From the NCBI RefSeq assembly GCF_009914755.1, contig NC_060928.1: a stretch of DNA of 64,000 nt; one strand, written 5' to 3'. The DNA comes from the human T2T-CHM13v2.0 reference genome, Homo sapiens. Below, piece after piece: positions 57,312 through 64,000 of this stretch (its first letter is position 1; every line of letters starts with the position of its first letter). The notes beneath the pieces were generated by a model. It was not told the origin of the DNA. It ran no database searches and saw only the letters and a list, made by a program, of their open reading frames with translations. The translations under genes were made by a program, and so were the position numbers.

Positions 57312-60300
57312 GATATGGTTGTAGATGTGCAGTTTTATTTCTGAGTTCCCTATTCTGTTCCATTGGTCTATGTGCCTGTTTTTACACCAGTACTATGCTG
57401 TTTCGATCACTATGGCCTTGTAGCATAGTTTGAAGTCAGGTAGGGTGATGCCTCCAGCTTTGTTCTTTTTCCTTAGGATTGTCTTGGCTATGTCAGCTCT
57501 ATTTTGGTTCCATATGAAGTTTTAAATAGTTTTTTTGTAATTCTGTGAAAAATGTCAATGATACTTTAGTGGGAATAGTATTGAATCTATAAATTGCTTT
57601 GGCAGTACGGCCATTTTCATGATGTTGATTCTTTTTATCCATGAGCATGGAATGTTTTTCCATCTGCTTGTTTCCTCTTTGACTTCCTTGATCAATGGTT
57701 TGTAGTTCTCCTTGAAGAGGTCCTTCATTTCCCTTGTTAGTTGTATTCTTAGGTATTTTACTCTCTGTGGCAATTGTGAATGGGAGTTCATTCATGATTT
57801 GGGTCTCTGCTTGTATGTTGTTGGTATATAGGAATGCTTGTGATTTCTGCACATTGATTTTGTATCCTGAGACTTTAATAAAGTTGCTTATCAGGTTAAG
57901 AAGCTTTTGAGCTGAAATAATGGAATCTTCTAGAGAGAGGATCATGTCATCTGCAAACAAAAACAATATGACTTCCTCTCTTCCTATCTCAATACCATTT
58001 CTTTCTCTTGCCTAATTGCCCTGGCCAGAATCTCCAACTCAATGTTGGAGAGTTCTAACCACTAAGATTGATGAAAGAGGGCATCCTTGTTTTGTGCCAT
58101 TTTTCAAGGGGAATGCTTTCAGCTTTTGCCAATTCAGTGTGATATTTGTTGTGGGTTTGTCATAAACGGCTTTTATTATTTCAAGGTGCATTCCTTCAAT
58201 ACCTAGTTTATTGAGAGTTTTTAACATGAAGGGATGTTGAATTTTATCAAAGGGCTTTTCTGCATCTATTGAGAAAATCATGTGTTTTTTGTCTTTAGTT
58301 CTGTTTATATGATGAATTGCATTTATTGATTTGTGTATGTTGAACCAGCCTTGCATCCCAGGGATGAAGCCAACTTGATCACGGTGGATAAGTTTATTGT
58401 TGTGCTGCTGGACTTGATTTGCCAGTATTTTATTGAGGATTTTTGCATCGATATTCATAAGAAATATTGGCCTGAAATTTTCTTTCCTTGTTGTATCTCT
58501 GCCATGTTTTGGTATCAGGATGATGCTGGCCTCATAAAATGAGTTAGAAAAGAGTCCCTCCTTTTCAATTGTTTGGAATAGTTTCAGAAGAAATGGTACC
58601 AGCCCCCTTTGTACCTCTGGTAGAATTCAGCTGTAAATCCACCTGGACCTGGGCTTTTTTTTTTTTTTTTTTGGTTTGTAGGCTATTTATTACTGCCTTA
58701 ATTTCAGAACTTGTTATTGTTCTATTCAGGCATTCAGCTTCTTCCCGGTTCAGTCTTGGGAGGGTGTGTGTGTCCAGGAATTTATCCATTTCTTCTAGAT
58801 TTCATAGTTTATTTGCATAGAGGTGCTTAGAGTATTCTCTGATGGTGGTTTGCATTTCTGTGGTGTTAGTGGTTGTATCCCCTTTATCATTTCTGATTGT
58901 GTTTATTTGAATCTTTCCTCTTTTTTTCTTTATTAGAGGTGGATTATATTGATTTTTTTTTTCAAAAAAAAAACAGCTCCTGGATTTGTTGATTCTTTGA
59001 AGCGTTTTTTTGTGTCTCTATCTCCTTCAGTTTCATTCTGAGGTTTGTCATTTCATTATTTTGCTAGCTCTGGGATTTATTTGCTCTTGATTCTCTAGTT
59101 CTTTTAGTTGTGATGTTAGTGTGTCCATTTGAGATCTTTCTAGCTATTTGATGTGGCATTTAGTGTTATAAATTTCTTTCTTAACACTGCTTTAGCTGCA
59201 TCCCAGAGATTCTGATACATTGTCTCTTTGTCTCATTGGTTTCAAAAACCTTCTTTATTTCTGCCTTAATTTTATTATTTTCCCAGGAGTCATTCAGGAG
59301 GAGATTGTTCAATTTCCATGTAGTTGTGTGGTTTTGAGTGGGCTTTTTAATCTTGAGGTTTTTTTTTTTTTGGAGGCGGAGTCTTGCTCTGTTGTCCAGG
59401 ATGAACTGCAGTGGCATGATCTCAGCTCACTGCAACCTCTGCCCCCCAAGTTCAAGCAATTCTCCTGCCTCAGCCTCCTGAGTAGCTGGGACTAAAGGCA
59501 TGAGCCACCACACCTGGCTAATTTTTATATTTTTAGTAGAGATGGGGTTTTACCATGTTGGCCAGGCTGGTCTTGAACTCCTGACCTTAAGTGAGCCACC
59601 TGCCTCAGCCTCCCAATAATCTTGAGTTCTAATTTGATTGCATTGTAGTCTGAGAGACTGTTAGGATTTCAGTTCTTTTGCATTTGCTGAAGAGTGCTTT
59701 ACTTTCAATTGTGTGATCAATTTTAGAGTAAGTGCTATGTGGTGCCAAAAATAAAGTATATTATGTTGTTTTTGGATAGAGAGTTCTACAGATATCTATC
59801 GGATCCACTTGGTCTAGAGCTGAGTTTAAGTCCTGAATATCTTTGTTAATCTTCTGTCTCGATGACCTGCCTAATACTGATAGTGGGGTATTAAAGTTTC
59901 CCACTATTACTGTGTGGGAGTCTAAGTCTCTTTGTAGGTCTCTGAGAACTTGTTTTATAAATCTGGGTGCTCCTGTATTGGGTGCATACATATTTAGGAT
60001 AGTTAGCTCTTCTTGTTGAATTGAACCCTTTAACATTATGTGGTGCCCTTCTTTGTCTTTTTTGATCTTTATTGGTTTAAAGTCTATTTTGTCAGAAACT
60101 AGGATTCCAAACCCTGCTTTTTTCTGCTTTCCATTTACTTAGTAAATTTTCCTCCATCTCTTTACTTTGAATCTATGTGCGGTTTTGCACATGAGATGTG
60201 TCTCTTGAATACAGCACACCAGTGGGATTTGTCTTTGTATCCAGTTTGCCATTTCGTGTCTTTTAATTGGGACGTTTACCCCATTTACATTCAAGGTTAA

Positions 60301-62760
60301 TATTTTTATGTGTGAATTTGATCCTGTCATCATGGTGCTGGCTGGTTAATTTTTCAGACGTGTTAATGTAGTTGCTTCATAGTGTCATTGGTCTGTGTTT
60401 TTCAATGTGTTTTTGTAGTGGCTGATAACGGTTTCTCCTTTCCACATTTAGTGCTTCTTTCAGGATCTCTTGCAAGGCAGGCCTGGTGGTGACAAGATCC
60501 CTCAGCATTTGCTTGTCTGAAAAATATTTTATTTCTCTTTCCCTTATAAAGCTTAGTTTGGCCAGATATAAAATTCTGGGTTGGAATTTCTTTTCTTTAA
60601 GCATGTTGAATATTAGCCCCTATCTCTTCTGGCTTATAGGGTTTCCACTGAGAGGTCCACTGTTATTCTGATAGGCTTCCCTTTGTAGGTGACCTGGCCT
60701 TTTTCTCTGGCTGCCCTTAACATTTTCTCCTTCATTTCAACCCTGGAGAATCTGATGATTTTATGTCTTGGGTAGATGTTTTTATGGAGTATCTTATTGG
60801 GGTTCTCTGGATTTCCTGAATTTGAATATTGGCCTGTCTTGCTAGGTTGGGGAAGGTCTCCTGGATGATATATGCAGTGTGCTTTCCACCTGGTTCCATT
60901 CTCCCCATCTCTTTCAGGTACTCCAATTAGTCATAGTTTCAGTATTTTTACACAGTCCCATAGTTCCTGGAGGTTTTGTTTGTTCCTTTTTATTCTTTTT
61001 TCTCTAATCTTGTCTGCTTGCCTTATTTCAGCAAGATAGTCTTTAAGCTCTGATATTCTCTCTAACGCTTGGTCGATTCAGCTATTGATACTTGTATTTG
61101 CATGATGAAGTTCTTGTGCTGTGTTTTTCAGCTCCGTCAGGTAATTTATGTTCCTCTCTAAACTGGTTATTCTAGTTAACAGCTCCTATAATCTTTTATC
61201 ATGGTTCTTAGCTTCTTTGCGTTGGGTTAGAACATAGTCCTTTAGCTCAGCAAAATCCATTATACTCACTTTCTAAAGCCTACTTCTGTCAGTTCATTCA
61301 TCTCAGCTTTAGCCCCATTCTGTGCCCTTGCTGGAGAAGTGTTGTGATCATTTGGAGGAGAAGAGGCATTCTGGCTTTTGGAATTTTCAGAATTTTTGCG
61401 TTGGTTTTTCCTCATCTTCATGGATTTACGTACCTTTGATCTTTGAGGCTGATGACCTTTGGATGGGTTTTTTTGGGGGGGCGGGTGTCTTTTTTGTTGC
61501 TGTTATTGTTTTTGTTGCTTTCTGTTTGTTAGTTTTTCTTCCAACAGTCGGGCCCCTCTTCTACAGGTCTGCTTCAGTTTCTGGAGGCCCACTCCAGATT
61601 TTGTTTGCTGAGTATCATCAGTGGAGGCTGCAGAACAGCAAAGAGTGCTGCCTGCTTCTTCCTCCAAAAGCTTCATCCCAGAGGGGCACCTGCCTGATGC
61701 CAGCCAGAGCTCTTTTGTATGAGGTGTCTGTCGACCCTTGTTGGGAGATCTTACCCAATCAGGAGGCATGGGGTCAGGGACCCACTTGAGGAGGCAGTCT
61801 GTCCCTTAGCAGAGCTGGTGTGCTGTGCTGGGAAAATCCCTCTTGTCAGGATCAGCTGCAGAGCTGGTACGCTGTGCTTGCAGAATCCCCCTTGTCAGGA
61901 TCAACCTCTATCTTCATAGGTGGCAGGCAAGAAAGATTAAGTCTGCTGAAACTGAGACCACAGCCACCCCTTCCCCCAGGTGCTCTGTCCCAGCCCACCT
62001 TCCCCCAGGTGTCTGTCTGTAAGCCCCTGACTGGAGCTTGTTGATTTCCTTCAGAGATGCCCTGCCTGGTGAGGAGTGATCTAGGGAAGCAGTCTGGCCA
62101 CAGCCACTTTGCTGTGCTGTGGTGAATTCTGTCCCGTCCAAACCTCCCAGTTTCCTTAGCACTGTTAGGGGAAAAGCATGTACTAAAGCCACTGTAATGG
62201 TGGTCCCCTCTCCCCCAACCCCAAACTCAGTTGTTCCAGGCAGACTCCAGACTGCTGTGCTGGCAGTGGGAATTTCAAGCCAGTGATTCTTAGCTTGCTG
62301 GGCTCCATGGGAGTGGCACCATTGAGCAAGACCACTTAGCTCCCTGGCTTTAGGCCTCTTTCCGCAGTAGTGTGGATGGTTCTCCTGTCTCACTGGAGTT
62401 CCAGGTGCCGCTGGAGTATGTAAAAAACTCCTGAAGCTCAGTGCCTGACCAAACAGCTGCCCAGATTTGTCCCTGAAAAGGCTCACGAGGGAATCTCCTG
62501 ATCTGCAGATTGCAAAAATCCATGGGAAAAGCCTAGTACCCTTGGCGGGTAGCACAGTCCCTCACCATTTCCCCTGGCTGGGGAAGAAAGGTTGCTCCAC
62601 TTTGTGCACTTCTCAGGTGAAACGACACCCCACCCTGGTTCTGCTGGCTCTCCGTGGTTCATGCCCACCACCTAGCCAGTCCCAATTACTGCCTTCTATA
62701 TTGGTCTCACTGGGAGCTGAAGACCGGAGCTGTTTCTATTTGGTCATCTTGGCCCAAGAC
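57312..62760 (-). mobile_element. L1PA8-type LINE-1 (5'UTR, ORF1, ORF2 through RT), 3' portion absent
   Basis: Reverse strand begins GGCCAAGATGACCAAATAGAAACAGCTCCGG. ORF1 ATG at ~61415. ORF2 MTGSNSHI at ~60330 and FADD at ~57950. No 3'UTR or poly(A). Confidence 0.93.
59358..59616 (-). mobile_element. 5'-truncated AluS inserted in L1
   Basis: Poly(T), then Alu ending at CCTCCCAA. TSD TAATCTTGAG at 59348-59357 and 59617-59626. Confidence 0.95.
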
Positions 62761-63571
62761 CTATCCAAAATACTGAAAATCCTGTCCAGAAAATAATTAG
62801 TAATCAATAAATTGTTATTATTTGTATTTTTATTCATCTATATTGGTATTATTTAATTCACTATTCCCACTGTTTTCTTAAATCCACAGAATTAGCATAA
62901 ATCTTAAATGCAGAGAACAAAGGTGCAGTAGGGTACTTAGACTATCCATTATTTAGGCCACAGAAAGATTAAAGAGCAGGTGAGACCCAGATCCTCCAAT
63001 TGTTTCCTTTATCCACTCTAATCCATACAGCAAGTCACTTGTCCAAAGACAGCAGATTCAGAAACACAAATACATGGCACCTTAAACCTTAAATGAGAGT
63101 AAACATTGATAAAATCAGAAGTTAGTAAAGAACTAGACTCCTTTAAAAAAGTTTTTTAAAAATAATAATAACAAGATCTATTTGTCATAATTCAGCTTAG
63201 CCAAGCCCAAAGACTTTCTCTTTCCTGTGGCCTACCAATGTTCTGCTTTCTCTACAGCCTGATTATTTAACATTTTACTTTAACTATGGGGAAGGAAAAT
63301 CATTTTTAGGAAATGATCATTTTTAGTACTTGACCTGGAACCTTCCCTATATAGGAAACAGATAGCTAGACAAACATTTCTTTCCAGACAGCTGAAGTCA
63401 GTTAATATATCAAGTAAATCATGAGCATTAACAGTATCTCCAACTGGTTAGATATCAAACTTGTCTTCTAGGAAATCATGATGAAACAAATGTCTTCTGT
63501 TAAGAATCAAAGCTTTTGTCTCATTAAACAGCCTGTGCATTGTAATCTTGACATTGAAGCATGATGGATAA

Positions 63572-63966
<395 letters not shown>

Positions 63967-64000
63967 ATAACATGATTAAAACAAACAAACAAAGAAAAAA

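Noticed and set aside
61914-62555. 213-aa ORF on the minus strand
   Set aside because: It lies wholly in a GC-rich L1 5'UTR and has no recognisable domain, so it is probably a chance ORF.

Overview
This is AT-rich primate (probably human) non-coding DNA, either intergenic or deep intronic. It holds many interspersed repeats: Alu SINEs, L1 LINEs, MaLR and ERVL LTR elements, MIR, L2, HAL1 and a MER1A DNA transposon. I cannot support any host protein-coding gene, RNA gene or CRISPR array, and the only meaningful ORFs are degraded L1 ORF1/ORF2 pieces. The most notable structures are rearrangements. (1) A ~690-bp inverted duplication of apparently unique sequence (1855-2547 vs 4348-5038), about 94-95% identical by hand count, with iterated junction motifs. 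(2) A composite LTR element with an MLT2-type 5' LTR, a MaLR internal region and an MLT1A-type 3' LTR, carrying a 224-bp templated internal duplication. (3) A twin-primed L1PA2/3 with an extra ~0.8-kb deletion sealed by a fold-back hairpin. (4) Two convergent L1PA7/8 copies that keep their 5'UTRs, lack 3' ends and are fused tail to tail. (5) A pre-miRNA-sized hairpin at ~51.44-51.51 kb. Subfamily calls are from memory of consensus sequences and need RepeatMasker/Dfam confirmation. I found no evidence of a new biological system, only unusual local genome-rearrangement signatures.
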